A stretch of 60,162 bases of DNA, counting the filler. It is 7 parts of 7 records of this genome, joined end to end, with 100 filler letters (N's around TTAATTAATTAA, not from the genome) between each part and the next. Parts side by side here need not be neighbours in the genome. Positions count along the whole stretch, not along the records: positions 22,198 to 31,818 come from DRR723986_8426; positions 31,919 to 41,722 come from DRR723986_8434; 5 more parts are not named here. The stretch is one strand, 5' to 3'. Shown one piece after another: positions 22,098 through 32,818 of this stretch; the first letter of the stretch is position 1; each line of letters opens with the position of its first letter. The notes beneath the pieces are model-generated. The model saw only the letters and a list, made by a program, of their open reading frames with translations, searched no databases and was not told the origin of the DNA. A program made the translations under genes and the position numbers.

Positions 22098-22197
22098 NNN
22101 NNNNNNNNNNNNNNNNNNNNNNNNNNNNNNNNNNNNNNNNNTTAATTAATTAANNNNNNNNNNNNNNNNNNNNNNNNNNNNNNNNNNNNNNNNNNNN
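22098..22197. other. Artificial contig linker
   Basis: N44-TTAATTAATTAA-N44. Confidence 0.98.
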
Positions 22198-22489
22198 CGA
22201 AGGTGTTGAAGGCATGGGGCGTGTGCTGTTTGAAGCGATGGCTTGTGGCACAGTTGCAATTGGCAGCGATATCAGCGGTGTGCGCGACGCGATAACGCCC
22301 GAAAGTGGTGTTCTTTTTGATTCGCAGTCGCCACAGGCAATTACAAGTGTGGTGCAAGCATTAATCGCCGATCCGGATTTGCAGGCGCAGTTAACACGCG
22401 GCGGCCTGGAGCGTGCACGTACAGTGTTTGGGATTAAGCGGCATGCGCAATTAGTTCAGGGTGTTTATTCACGTTTGCTGGAAACCTGA
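22198..22489 (+). CDS. GT4 glycosyltransferase, C-terminal fragment
   Basis: EGMGRVLFEAMACGTVAIGSDISGVRDAI (E-X7-E motif). Confidence 0.88.
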
Positions 22490-22671
22490 CTCGCTCCAAA
22501 AAAAAAGATTGTTGGCGCTGCGGAATTGCCGCTCACATTTGGGCGTTGAAGTCTGCGCTTTAATACCTCTGTTTTACACATGCGCTTGTGTGTGTTTAAC
22601 GTCAATGACGGCGGCATCTAAACCATGATCGCCGGTGTTAACGATTTGAAACTTAATGTTTGGAGTTTGAT

Positions 22672-23079
22672 ATGAGTTCTGCTTTCCCCGCCGAAGGTAT
22701 GGCGCTGACGAATATTCTGGTTGTTAATGATATGAGCGCCGCGCGCGATTTCTACCGCGATGTTCTGGGCGCCGAAATTCACCGCGAGTATGGCGGAACT
22801 TCCGTTGTAATGCAGTTTTTGGGCGCGTGGATTTTACTTGTCACGGGCGGCGGCCCCACTTCCGATAAACCGGATGTGCATTTTGGAGCACCCGCAAGCC
22901 CAAATCAGGTGAGTCACGCTATGACGATCAGAGTGCCGGACTGCAGAGCTGCATTTAAAACACTCAGTGCGCGTGGTGCTACGTTCTTAACAGATCCGGT
23001 TGAGAGTGACTATGAAATCCGTGCGTTCTTTCGCGATCCGGCTGGGCACCTGCTGGAAATTAGCGAAGCCAAGGGCTAG
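22672..23079 (+). CDS. VOC/glyoxalase family protein
   Basis: ILVVNDMSAARDFYRDVLG...IRVPDC...RAFFRDPAGHLLEI. GGAG RBS. Confidence 0.85.
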   Translation: MSSAFPAEGMALTNILVVNDMSAARDFYRDVLGAEIHREYGGTSVVMQFLGAWILLVTGGGPTSDKPDVHFGAPASPNQVSHAMTIRVPDCRAAFKTLSARGATFLTDPVESDYEIRAFFRDPAGHLLEISEAKG

Positions 23080-23112
23080 AGCGAGTTGTTAAACAAATTG
23101 TTTTTGTGCGGC

Positions 23113-23186
23113 GCTTTGAGCCCGCTTCTCCACGTGCCGTGTCGCTTTGGTCTCAGGCTTGGTGATGTTCTTGTTTGTCGCTGAGT
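23113..23186 (+). repeat. Intergenic repeat element, copy B
   Basis: GCTTTGAGCCC-N27-TCTCAGGCT...TGA...TCTTGTTTGTCGCTGAGT. The last 18 nt are identical to copy C. Confidence 0.7.
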
Positions 23187-23430
23187 TGCCGGCCGCATTT
23201 GACGGGCGGTGCGCAATCTTGGGGCTGACTGTTGTGATGTGGACTGGATGTGAATTTGTTTAACGAATCATTTGACTGAACTGCCGGCGGGTTGAGGACT
23301 TGACGCAGACTTAACAATTTGAGTCCTGATTCTCAAAATCTAACAAAAGAAAAAAAAACAAGCCACCGCGAAGCAAGAGGGCGAAGTGCTCATGCCCATT
23401 GTTAAATATCAAGCTGCCAGACTGAATCGA

Positions 23431-24663
23431 TTAGTCGGCGGTCGTAGAGAGGCTGCCCGCCTCAATTAATTCAGTGACGGCACGAAAGACGAGGTCGTTG
23501 GGAATGTCGTTGACATGCTCATTGCTCGGGCTGAGAACCTGGCGCCAGTCCACACCGTACGGATGCCATTCACAGGCTGTTAAGTATTTGTGCACAAGTA
23601 AGGCGATAGGACGTCCCGTTGCGGCTGCAACGTGCACCGGAGCTGAGTCCACACCCAAAAGGAATTCGCAGCCGGCGACAATTGCGCAAAATGTTAACCA
23701 GTCGTGTTCGATAGTTTTGCAGTTGGGAGAGTTGACCGCCTGGCGAATTTGTTCTGCATCATGACGGCGCTGCGGGCCACCACTTATCAGGAATACTAGA
23801 TCGGGCCAGGTGTTTGTTAAACGCTGTAGTAAATCTATGCAGGTCTCGACTTTCCAGGCTTTGTCGGGCATGTGTGAGGCGATGTTAACAACTACGTAAG
23901 GTTTGCCGCTGTTGCGCATATGTACGCGGTCGCCAGTGTTGATACCGTGAATCTCGACGTTTTGATTGGCGAGTGAGAAGCGCAAACCGTTTGATTGTGC
24001 AAACTCAAGCGCATTGCGTGCATGTGCCACGTCGAAAGAAATGTAAGGGCGCGCGGCAAAATTGGCCTGTTCACCGGCGTCAATTGAGCCGCGTCCAAGC
24101 GCCAGCAGACGATCGACGATATGTTCGCGCCAGGGCTGCATCGGAACCTGCAGCTGGAAGGCCTTGCCGTAGATGTGTTTGCGTCCGGGATGCAGAAAAG
24201 TCGCCTTGGGCGCTTTGGGTGCGGCCAGCCGGGAGATAAAAGCGGCCTTGCTTAAACGCGTGAAGATCGGAGCCAGGACCAGATCCACCGGCGCTTCGCG
24301 CCGCAGACTTAGAGCCGACATCCACGAATTGTGAAATGTATACTGCGGGTCGATTGCCAGCTGACGGTCCACATTGGGGTCGTAGCGCGTGGCGATATCA
24401 TTGCGATAGGAACTCACGACAGTAATGCGGCATTGCGGTGCGCAATTTTTAATCCAGCGCATGAGGGCCGTAGTGACGATGTAATCGCCGAGCGCATCGT
24501 AGCGCAAGAGGAGAACATGCTGCAAACTTTGTGCGGGAATCGGAGCAGTCACGGGAGCGACGCGACTGCCCAGCATGCCAAACAATGCCGACCGTAGCGG
24601 CTCGCGGCGCGGAGCAATAATGCGTCTTTGGGAGGGTTCCGTGCCGCTGGAATTCCCTGGCAT
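23431..24663 (-). CDS. GT9 (heptosyltransferase-like) glycosyltransferase
   Basis: VLLLRYDALGDYIVTT and LLGVDSAPVHVAAATGRP. Start uncertain (24663 or 24747). Confidence 0.85.
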   Translation of the reverse strand: MPGNSSGTEPSQRRIIAPRREPLRSALFGMLGSRVAPVTAPIPAQSLQHVLLLRYDALGDYIVTTALMRWIKNCAPQCRITVVSSYRNDIATRYDPNVDRQLAIDPQYTFHNSWMSALSLRREAPVDLVLAPIFTRLSKAAFISRLAAPKAPKATFLHPGRKHIYGKAFQLQVPMQPWREHIVDRLLALGRGSIDAGEQANFAARPYISFDVAHARNALEFAQSNGLRFSLANQNVEIHGINTGDRVHMRNSGKPYVVVNIASHMPDKAWKVETCIDLLQRLTNTWPDLVFLISGGPQRRHDAEQIRQAVNSPNCKTIEHDWLTFCAIVAGCEFLLGVDSAPVHVAAATGRPIALLVHKYLTACEWHPYGVDWRQVLSPSNEHVNDIPNDLVFRAVTELIEAGSLSTTAD

Positions 24664-24849
24664 TTGATCCGGCCGTTGAAATCCAGACTGGCGTGCCGGA
24701 TGTGTTTGCGGCGAAAAGAGCTGAGCTTCCTGAAAATACTGTCCCATAGTTTGCCAATTACGAAGCCCAGGCCGGAATATTTTTCGTAATTTCCGGGCTT
24801 GCGGCAAATGAGTAATGGCAGTCTGGAAAATTATGGCATGGCGGTGAAC

Positions 24850-25911
24850 ATGAGCACATCCCGAATATTGATTACTGGAGCTAACGGCGAAATCGGGCAC
24901 AGTCTGATTGAACAGATTTCTCAGGAGAGTCCCGAAACGGACATCGTAGCGCTTGACCTGCGCGCCCCCGAGCCTGCCCTGGAAGCTAAATGCGAACAAT
25001 TTATTGTTGGTGACATCACTGACAAGGCGATCCTGGCGCAGCTCCAGTCCATCGACGTGGATGTGATTTTTCATCTGGCGGCACTGCTGTCAACGGGCGC
25101 TGAGCACGATCCATTGCTGGCGCACCACGTCAACGTTAACGGAACGCTTGGATTGCTGGAGGTGGCGCATCTGACGGGTGTGCGGCGCCAGAAGCCGGTT
25201 GTATTTATGTATCCCAGTTCGATTGCCGTCTATGGTGTTCCGGACCTGGAGACAAAAGCCGCTTCCGGTGCGATTGCCGAAGAGCTTTTTACCGAGCCGA
25301 TAACAATGTACGGCATTAACAAGCTTTATACGGAGCAGCTGGGGCGCTACTTTACGAAACACTTCAAACTGCTGGAAGGCGATCGTCAGGACCGTTTCGT
25401 CGACTTCCGCGCGTTGCGCTTTCCGGGGCTGATTTCGGCCTTCACAATTCCGTCGGGCGGGACGAGTGATTTTGGGCCGGAGATGATTCATGCCGCCGCC
25501 CGCAACCAGGTATTTGAAAGTGATGACAGTTACGAATGTTTTGTGCGCCCCGATGCACGCATTCCGTTTATGGCAATGCCCGATGCTGTGATGGCATTGC
25601 GCCGCCTGGCGGCTGCACCGCGCGCCGGCCTGACGCGCAGCGCCTACAACATCACGTCATTTGCACCCAGCGCCGAAGAGTTTGCGGAAATGACGAGCAA
25701 AGAATTTCCACGTAGCCGAGTTGAGTATGTTCCGCACGTTCATCGTCAGGCGATTATCGACAGCTGGCCGGAAGATACTGACGACGCCGCTGCGCGCCGC
25801 GATTGGAATTGGCTGCCTGCTTACGATTTTCAGCGTTGTTTTGTTGAATATCTGGTTCCCAACATCGTGGCTCACTACCGCAAAAGCGCAAGCGCTGTTG
25901 CCGACAGGTGA
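24850..25911 (+). CDS. Extended SDR, probable L-threonine 3-dehydrogenase (GalE-like type)
   Basis: [31 protein letters not shown] (YxxxK), [27 protein letters not shown]. Confidence 0.75.
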   Translation: MSTSRILITGANGEIGHSLIEQISQESPETDIVALDLRAPEPALEAKCEQFIVGDITDKAILAQLQSIDVDVIFHLAALLSTGAEHDPLLAHHVNVNGTLGLLEVAHLTGVRRQKPVVFMYPSSIAVYGVPDLETKAASGAIAEELFTEPITMYGINKLYTEQLGRYFTKHFKLLEGDRQDRFVDFRALRFPGLISAFTIPSGGTSDFGPEMIHAAARNQVFESDDSYECFVRPDARIPFMAMPDAVMALRRLAAAPRAGLTRSAYNITSFAPSAEEFAEMTSKEFPRSRVEYVPHVHRQAIIDSWPEDTDDAAARRDWNWLPAYDFQRCFVEYLVPNIVAHYRKSASAVADR

Positions 25912-25987
25912 TTCTGAATCCAGGCCTGCCGCAGTATCTGCTGCGGCACATAAGAATTCGACCCGCAAGGGTGTGAGAGAGGGTGAA

Positions 25988-28081
25988 GTGGCACACGTGC
26001 ACACAAACGCATTGATACATGAAAAGTCGCCGTATCTGCTGCAGCATGCGCACAATCCGGTTAACTGGTTGCCCTGGGGTGATGCGGCTTTTGAGCGCGC
26101 CCGCACAGAAAACAAGCCGATTTTTCTGAGTATCGGATATTCCACCTGCCACTGGTGCCACGTGATGGAACACGAGTCCTTTGAGGACCAAACCATGGCG
26201 GCGCTGCTCAATCGCTTTTTTGTGTGCATTAAAGTTGACCGCGAAGAACGCCCCGACATCGACGCCACGTATATGACCGTATGCCAGATGGTAACCGGGC
26301 ATGGCGGCTGGCCGCTCTCCGTGTTTTTGACACCCAACAAAGATCCTTTTTACGTCGGCACGTATTTTCCGCCGGAAGATCGTCACGGTCGTCCCGGCTT
26401 CGGCACCGTTCTGCAATCGATTGCCGCCAGCTGGCAAAACGACCAGGCCAAAATCGAAAAGTCGGGCAGCGCGCTGCTCGCCCAAATCCGCGAGCAGATA
26501 GACGCAGCCAAAAGCAGCGAAAAGGTGAGCGTCAAGATTTTTGACCTGGCGCTGCAGCAGTTCGCACAGCAGTATGATGCCGAGCATGGTGGCTTTGGCA
26601 CACGCCCCAAGTTCCCAACGCCGCACAAAATCAGTTTCTTGCTGGGACTTTACAATCGTAGCGCTGATGCTGAAGCCCTCAAAATGGCGGGAATGACGCT
26701 GCAGGCGATGCGCCGCGGCGGCATGTATGATCATATCGGTTATGGCTTCCACCGCTACAGCACAGATGTTAAGTGGCTGCTGCCGCACTTTGAAAAAATG
26801 CTCTACGATCAGGCCGGAATAATGCTGGCCTATACGCAGGCGTTTCAGGCGACAGGCAAAGCAGAATACAAGCGCACGGCAATGGAAATTGCCGAATATG
26901 TGCTGCGCGACATGACGGCACCCGACGGAGGTTTTTATTCAGCTGAAGACGCTGACTCCGAGGGGCGCGAAGGCAAGTTTTACGTTTGGACCGAAGCCGA
27001 GCTGCGCGAAGTGTTGACGTCAGCCCAGTTTGACCTGTTTAAGCGGGCATATGCAATCGAAGCCGAGGGCAACTTCGTGGAAGAAGTCGCCACGCATAAA
27101 ACCGGCGAAAACATCCCGCATCAGTTAAGCAGTGTGGCAGAGATGGCCGAAGAGCTTAAACTCGACCCTGCTGAGTTAGAGAGCGAGCTGGAACTAATCC
27201 GCACACATCTGTTCAGACTGCGTGAAAATCGGATTCATCCGCATAAGGACGACAAAGTCTTGGCAGACTGGAACGCTTTTATGATTGTGGCTTTTGTGCA
27301 GGCGGCACGTGCGTTTAACGAGCCGTCACTGCTGGAAGCAGCGCAGCGCTCCTGGGCTTTTGTAGAAACGAAATTGCGCGGCACTGATGGCCGCCGCCTG
27401 CATCGCTATCGCGACGGGGAAGCGGGGATCGAAGGCTTTCTGGATGACTATGCTCTCGGAGCCTGGGCGGCGCTGGAACTCTACCAGGCGACGGGTGACG
27501 CGGAGTACTTGTCTGCGGGCATTGGCGATTGTGACGTGTTGTTACGTGACTTTGCCGACAGGACTTCGGGCGGATTTACTTTCAGTTCGGCGCGCAATGA
27601 GGCGCTGCCGCTGGAATCGCGCGAGGCCTATGACGGCGCCATGCCTTCCGGTAATTCGCTGGCGGTACACGTACTCGGGCGTTATGGCAAACTCCTGGGG
27701 CGTCAGGAATATGTTGATGCTGCTGTGGCCGCCGTCGAAGCATTTGCGGCGGGAATTGAACGCCATCCACTGGGTTATGCGTTTATGCTGCAGGCGTACG
27801 ATTTCCTGATGCGCGGCAGCCGCGAAATTGTGGTGGCCTATGGCGCTGACAGCGCAGACACCAAAAAACATTTGGACGTCATTGATGCCGCCTGGCTGCC
27901 ATTCTCCGTGGTGGTGCACAACGACGGCTCAGATGAGATTCAACAATTGATTGAACACACACAATATCAGACGCCTCTGGGGGCAGAGACGGCGAGTTAC
28001 GTTTGTGTTAACTACGCCTGCCAGGCTCCCGTCAGTGACGCCGCTGAGTTGGGTAAAGCTCTGATTGCTTCCGGCAATTAG
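25988..28081 (+). CDS. YyaL/SPATA20-family thioredoxin-domain + six-hairpin protein
   Basis: [61 protein letters not shown]. Start set at GTG 25988. Confidence 0.92.
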   Translation: MAHVHTNALIHEKSPYLLQHAHNPVNWLPWGDAAFERARTENKPIFLSIGYSTCHWCHVMEHESFEDQTMAALLNRFFVCIKVDREERPDIDATYMTVCQMVTGHGGWPLSVFLTPNKDPFYVGTYFPPEDRHGRPGFGTVLQSIAASWQNDQAKIEKSGSALLAQIREQIDAAKSSEKVSVKIFDLALQQFAQQYDAEHGGFGTRPKFPTPHKISFLLGLYNRSADAEALKMAGMTLQAMRRGGMYDHIGYGFHRYSTDVKWLLPHFEKMLYDQAGIMLAYTQAFQATGKAEYKRTAMEIAEYVLRDMTAPDGGFYSAEDADSEGREGKFYVWTEAELREVLTSAQFDLFKRAYAIEAEGNFVEEVATHKTGENIPHQLSSVAEMAEELKLDPAELESELELIRTHLFRLRENRIHPHKDDKVLADWNAFMIVAFVQAARAFNEPSLLEAAQRSWAFVETKLRGTDGRRLHRYRDGEAGIEGFLDDYALGAWAALELYQATGDAEYLSAGIGDCDVLLRDFADRTSGGFTFSSARNEALPLESREAYDGAMPSGNSLAVHVLGRYGKLLGRQEYVDAAVAAVEAFAAGIERHPLGYAFMLQAYDFLMRGSREIVVAYGADSADTKKHLDVIDAAWLPFSVVVHNDGSDEIQQLIEHTQYQTPLGAETASYVCVNYACQAPVSDAAELGKALIASGN

Positions 28082-28165
28082 AGCTGTTCCACCGGCGCCT
28101 GTCAGAGTGCTAAACTGTGTGCGTTCTCCAGTTTAACCCGTGAACCCATTAGTGAGTGCCGCTGA

Positions 28166-29065
28166 ATGCTAAATCAGCTTGTTGCTAAATCGCTGCCGCT
28201 CGTACCGAAACCTCTGGTCCGCATTATTGCAATGAAATACATTGCCGGAGAAACAGTTACTGATGCGATGAACACTGTAGCGGAATTAAACGCGCTCGGC
28301 GCGGTGGCTACGGTCGATGCTTTGGGCGAATTTGTTAAAGTCCGCGAAGAAGCCATTCGTGAAACGGCAACGGCGCGGACGGTGCTGGACGGCATTGCCG
28401 CTAACAACCTGCGCTCGGGCATTTCTGTTAAACTCACGAGCCTGGGCCTTGAAATCGAGAATGAGTTCTGCTATCGCAACGTTCGCAGTATCGTTGAACA
28501 CGCACGGCAAGTAAATTGTTTTGTGCGCCTGGACATGGAGAACTCGCCCTTTACCACCGACACGCTGGCACTGTACCGTCGGCTGCGTGAAGACGGCTTT
28601 GACAACCTGGGCTTTGTCCTGCAGGCTTATATGCGCCGCAGCTACCAGGACATCAGTGATTTGAGCGATCTTAAACCGTCGGTGCGCCTCTGCAAAGGAA
28701 TTTACCGCGAAGCCCCTGAGATAGCGTTCCAGGGCCGCGAAGAAGTGCGTGACAACTACAAGCTGCTCCTGCGGCATCTGTTTGACAGCGGCTGTACAGT
28801 CGGAATTGCCACACATGACGAGCCGCTCATTGAAGATGCACGCGAATTGCTTAAACAACGTGCCGACCTGGTCGGAAAGTCTGAATTTCAGATGTTGTAC
28901 GGCGTGCGTAACGAAAAACGCGATGAACTGCTGGCCGGCGGTAACAGACTACGCGTCTACGTGCCTTTCGGCGCGGACTGGTATGGTTACTCCGTCCGCC
29001 GCCTGCGCGAAAATCCACAGATTGCCGGGCACGTGTTCCGCGCATTCTTCTCCAAAAAAGGCTGA
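28166..29065 (+). CDS. Monofunctional proline dehydrogenase
   Basis: YIAGET, SVKLTSLG, RLDMENS, VLQAYMRR, VRLCKGIY, IATHD, EFQMLYGV, VYVPFG, RRLRENP. 299 aa, no P5C dehydrogenase domain. Confidence 0.92.
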   Translation: MLNQLVAKSLPLVPKPLVRIIAMKYIAGETVTDAMNTVAELNALGAVATVDALGEFVKVREEAIRETATARTVLDGIAANNLRSGISVKLTSLGLEIENEFCYRNVRSIVEHARQVNCFVRLDMENSPFTTDTLALYRRLREDGFDNLGFVLQAYMRRSYQDISDLSDLKPSVRLCKGIYREAPEIAFQGREEVRDNYKLLLRHLFDSGCTVGIATHDEPLIEDARELLKQRADLVGKSEFQMLYGVRNEKRDELLAGGNRLRVYVPFGADWYGYSVRRLRENPQIAGHVFRAFFSKKG

Positions 29066-29187
29066 TATAGCAACGTGAGTATTGCCCAAAATTGGTGAAT
29101 CTTCACAATCGACAATTACGTGCCGAGGCCATCATGTTAATTACTGACTCCAACTCTACCGGCAACTCCCTGTCATTACTGACAAAA

Positions 29188-30132
29188 ATGCCGCTGTATT
29201 TTCTGTGCCTCGTTTTTGCGCTGTTTGTACTGAACGGCTGCGATGCCGAGCAGGAATTACCGCAATCAGATACGACTGCGGACACTGAGACTGCGGCTGA
29301 GACTCCAGCTGAGACTCCAGCTGAATTCCGGGGCAGTGAGCTGACAGTTGGAACATTTAACATTAAGTGGCTCGGCGACGGCGAGAAAGACCGCACGCCG
29401 CGCACAGAAGCCGAATACAAGTTAATCGCCGAGACAATTCGCGATACGGAGGCCGACGTGCTGGCTTTGCAGGAAATCGAAAACGGCGGAGCCATTGAGC
29501 GTATTCAGGCGCATTTGCCCGGTTTTGACTACGTCATCAGCAAGCGTGGCGGCGGCCAGAAAGTTGCCTTTCTGTACCGCGAAACGCTCGACGTTAAAAA
29601 GCTGGCCGACTTTGACGAGCTGGCAATCAGCAGCGGCCTGCGCCCCGGCCTCGTGATTGAATGTGATAACGGCGAGTTTGACTGTATCTTGATGGCCGTG
29701 CATTTTAAGGCGACGTCGAGCTACGACAACACGGAAGAAAAACGCGAGCGCAGCTACAGAATTCGACGCGAACAATCCGCACTTGTTAACAGCTGGTTTG
29801 AGGCAATTCTGGCTGAAGGCAGAGAAGATGACGTGATTGTGCTGGGTGACTTCAATGACAACCCGATTGACGATGCAACGCCGACATTAACAGCGCTGCA
29901 GGACAATCCGGCGTTTGACTTTCTGACGGGGCATCTGGAGTCCTGTAAAAACTCCAAGTGGACATCAATTGACCACATTGCAGTCTCCCAGGGCGTGCAG
30001 GCCTATGTTGACGAGGCGAGTATCGGCATGTTCAGCCTCTACCATCGCTACAAGCGCGAGGTGGCCGAACGTATTTCGGATCACTGTCCCGTACTTGTAC
30101 GCCTCCAAATTGACACGCAGGATAAACTCTAG
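29188..30132 (+). CDS. Endonuclease/exonuclease/phosphatase (EEP) family lipoprotein
   Basis: Lipobox LNGC, GTFNIKWL, LALQEI, VHFKA, LGDFND, IDHI, SDHCPV. ETPA-repeat linker. Confidence 0.85.
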   Translation: MPLYFLCLVFALFVLNGCDAEQELPQSDTTADTETAAETPAETPAEFRGSELTVGTFNIKWLGDGEKDRTPRTEAEYKLIAETIRDTEADVLALQEIENGGAIERIQAHLPGFDYVISKRGGGQKVAFLYRETLDVKKLADFDELAISSGLRPGLVIECDNGEFDCILMAVHFKATSSYDNTEEKRERSYRIRREQSALVNSWFEAILAEGREDDVIVLGDFNDNPIDDATPTLTALQDNPAFDFLTGHLESCKNSKWTSIDHIAVSQGVQAYVDEASIGMFSLYHRYKREVAERISDHCPVLVRLQIDTQDKL

Positions 30133-30218
30133 CAGTGTTCAACAACTGTTGCTTAAAATATTTTGAATGAACGGTTTTACTGGTTTGTATTACTCTCACG
30201 CATTTGGACTTGAAATTA

Positions 30219-30998
30219 ATGGCGCGCAAAAACGCACTGGACATACTCTTCGAAGACGACGACATTATTGTCGTGGCAAAGCCCGCGGGCCTGTTAAGCA
30301 TCCCTGATCGTTTTGATCCGACGCTGCCAAGTGTTAAACGCATGCTCGAAGAGAAGTACGAAGAAGTTCTGACAGTTCACCGTCTGGACCGCGAAACCAG
30401 CGGCGTGATGTTGTTTGCACGTAATGCCGACGCACACCGCGACTTAAACCGCCAGTTCTCCGAACGCACGATTCGCAAGTTCTACCACGCGCTGCTAGCC
30501 GGTGTGATGCGCGAAGACGAAATGCGTGTGGATATTCCGATTACGCCCAATCCGGTGCGCAAGGGTTTGATGATGCCCTCTGTGCGTGGCAAAGAAGCAT
30601 TAACATTGTTAAAAGTCATTCAGCGTTTCCGCATGGCCAGCCTGGTGGAGTGTGATCTGCGCACAGGCCGTCAGCACCAGATTCGTGTGCACTGCGCCGC
30701 CGTGGGGCACGCCCTCCTGGTCGATGCCGATTATGGCGACAGCGAAGCATTTTTAGTCTCCAGTATTAAACGCCGGTTTAACCTGACGAAACACACGGAC
30801 GAGCGTCCGATCCTGGGGCGTCTGAGCCTGCATTCGAGTGAGATTCGTCTGCAGCATCCAACCACAAAAGAAGAAATGACGTTTAAGGCCGAATATCCCA
30901 AGGACCTGCGGGCCACCCTGCAAGTCTTAAACAAATATGCACCGCATTATGACAAAAATAGCTGGGAAGACGAGTTCGGCGCCGATGACTGGGAATGA
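30219..30998 (+). CDS. RluA-family pseudouridine synthase
   Basis: KPAGLLS, VHRLDRETSG, TGRQHQIRVH, LHSSE. Confidence 0.92.
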   Translation: MARKNALDILFEDDDIIVVAKPAGLLSIPDRFDPTLPSVKRMLEEKYEEVLTVHRLDRETSGVMLFARNADAHRDLNRQFSERTIRKFYHALLAGVMREDEMRVDIPITPNPVRKGLMMPSVRGKEALTLLKVIQRFRMASLVECDLRTGRQHQIRVHCAAVGHALLVDADYGDSEAFLVSSIKRRFNLTKHTDERPILGRLSLHSSEIRLQHPTTKEEMTFKAEYPKDLRATLQVLNKYAPHYDKNSWEDEFGADDWE

Positions 30999-31632
30999 GC
31001 GCAAGAATGATCCCATTGATGGTCCCAATGATGGTCTCAAGGATAATAATGATAGGCCACGTGATGTTTGCCTGATGCTGGGCGCGAGCGGCATGTTACG
31101 CGCTGCTGCACTCGAACAGAGTTTAAGGCAGCCCGTTTTACTCGTGGCACGCCGTGAACATGTTTTAGCCGAAATTGTTAAACAATCTGCTGAGCGTGGC
31201 GGCGAAGTCATTCCACTGGCCCTTGATTACGGCGAGGGAGTGCAGGCGCTACAGTCTATTCATAGGACACTGCAGCAGCGGAATTTGCGATGTATTTCTG
31301 CCGTACTTTGGGTGCACTCACATGCGCAGGAGTTTTGTGTTGAACTGATTTCCACCTTGCTGGACTTAAACGCCACAACTTCAATTGTACATGTTCTGGG
31401 TAGTGCTGCGGCGCAGCCGCAGGGAGTAGCCGACGGAATGTTAAGTCTGCTGGATACGCGTGGCATTAATCGCGACACGTACCGGCAGGTGGTGCTGGGA
31501 TTTGTGCTGGAAGGCGGGAATGCGCGCTGGTTAAGCCATGCCGAGATCAGCCGGGGGGTGTTAGATGCGCTGCATGATACGGTGGCACGCTCTGTTGTTG
31601 GCACTCTGACGCCCTGGGAGCGCAGGCCCTGA
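30985..31632 (+). CDS. Small Rossmann-like 'short-chain dehydrogenase' family protein
   Basis: MLGASGML, VARR, LDY, AVLWVH, HVLGS, YRQVVLGFV...RWLSHAEISRGV...PWERRP. Start uncertain. Confidence 0.65.
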   Translation: MTGNERKNDPIDGPNDGLKDNNDRPRDVCLMLGASGMLRAAALEQSLRQPVLLVARREHVLAEIVKQSAERGGEVIPLALDYGEGVQALQSIHRTLQQRNLRCISAVLWVHSHAQEFCVELISTLLDLNATTSIVHVLGSAAAQPQGVADGMLSLLDTRGINRDTYRQVVLGFVLEGGNARWLSHAEISRGVLDALHDTVARSVVGTLTPWERRP

Positions 31633-31690
31633 GAATGTTAACTGACTTGTGCTGGTTGTTAAGTTCTTAAGCGCGTGGTGGGCTTGACCA

Positions 31691-31754
31691 CTTTGAGTCC
31701 TTGGCTGACGCCTGCGTACTCAGGTTCTTTTGACTGTCTTGTTTGTCGCTGAGT
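31691..31754 (+). repeat. Intergenic repeat element, copy C
   Basis: CTTTGAGTCC-N17-ACTCAGGTT...TGA...TCTTGTTTGTCGCTGAGT. Confidence 0.7.
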
Positions 31755-31818
31755 CTCAAGGCTTAAGTCTCTGAGGCTTTGGGCTAAGAACAGCCCCCAC
31801 CAACAAATTGCAATCAAT

Positions 31819-31918
31819 NNNNNNNNNNNNNNNNNNNNNNNNNNNNNNNNNNNNNNNNNNNNTTAATTAATTAANNNNNNNNNNNNNNNNNNNNNNNNNN
31901 NNNNNNNNNNNNNNNNNN
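31819..31918. other. Artificial contig linker
   Basis: N44-TTAATTAATTAA-N44. Confidence 0.98.
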
Positions 31919-32211
31919 TGTTGCTGGATATTCTCGAATCTACACCGCTGGGCGTGAATGCCATGGGCATGGCCCTGATCGCCTTTCTGGTGCTGACCAT
32001 TCACCAGCGGTTGCGAATGTATCCGCTGCCTCAGCAGTGCCTGATGGTGTTTCTGTTATTGGGCATCAACCAGATGCTGGTACATTTCGTGAAACAGTTA
32101 CTGGGTGCTGAAAGCGCCGGTTTCAGCTACTTGTGGCCAGCCTTGACGAGCGCTCTGGCCTGGCCTGTGGTCAGTGGCGTACTGGACACAATCAACCGTA
32201 AACTGGGATAA
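31919..32211 (+). CDS. mreD: Rod shape-determining protein MreD, 3' fragment
   Basis: [13 protein letters not shown]...[12 protein letters not shown]...[10 protein letters not shown]. Directly upstream of maf-rng. Confidence 0.88.
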
Positions 32212-32215
32212 CTGT

Positions 32216-32818
32216 ATGAGCTGCCTCATTCTGGCCTCGGCATCACCGCGCCGGGCTGAGTTGCTGAGACAGATCGGTGCTGACTTTCAGGTGGCGCCTG
32301 CCGAGATAGACGAGACACCGCAACCGGGTGAAGGGGCTCAGCACTATGTTGAGCGCCTGGCCCGGGAGAAAGCCTCTTGTGTTGCCGGTGAGGCCCCGGG
32401 TGCCTGGGTACTGGGGTCTGACACCTCTGTGGTTATAGACGGAGAGATTCTTGGGAAACCGGAGTCCGATACACAGGCTTGTGAGATGTTGCGCCGGTTA
32501 TCTGGAAGAACCCATCAGGTGATGACCGCGATCGCTCTGGCGCAGGAACAGAAGTGTCGGTCATTGGTGGTGGTCACCGATGTCAGCTTTCGGGAGCTCT
32601 CAGAAGCCGAAATCGTCGCCTACGTCGCCACCGGTGAACCCATGGACAAGGCGGGAAGCTACGGAATTCAGGGACTTGGTGGTATCTTTGTTCGGGAACT
32701 CAAGGGCAGCTACAGCGCTGTGGTGGGTTTGCCCCTGCAGGAAACCGCAGAGTTATTGGCAGATGCCGGCGACCCTGTCTGGCGCCACTGGCCATGCAGT
32801 AAGGAGAGCCAAGCATGA
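32216..32818 (+). CDS. maf: Maf-family nucleoside triphosphate pyrophosphatase (YhdE)
   Basis: [43 protein letters not shown]. Confidence 0.93.
   Translation: MSCLILASASPRRAELLRQIGADFQVAPAEIDETPQPGEGAQHYVERLAREKASCVAGEAPGAWVLGSDTSVVIDGEILGKPESDTQACEMLRRLSGRTHQVMTAIALAQEQKCRSLVVVTDVSFRELSEAEIVAYVATGEPMDKAGSYGIQGLGGIFVRELKGSYSAVVGLPLQETAELLADAGDPVWRHWPCSKESQA

Noticed and set aside
24748-25074. N-terminal extension of the GT9 ORF
   Set aside because: Overlaps the divergent dehydrogenase on the other strand and carries no GT9 motifs.
25721-25987. Apparent TM/signal extension of the YyaL ORF
   Set aside because: Overlaps the upstream dehydrogenase in another frame. Family homology begins at about 25988.
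29285-29325. 12-nt tandem repeats CTGAGACTCCAG
   Set aside because: In-frame ETPA linker of a lipoprotein. No spacers, so not CRISPR.
21540-31754. Intergenic repeat read as a CRISPR array or integron attC sites
   Set aside because: Copies are dispersed, not tandem. No cas or integrase gene is present, and I found no clear RYYYAAC/GTTRRRY box pair framing the element.
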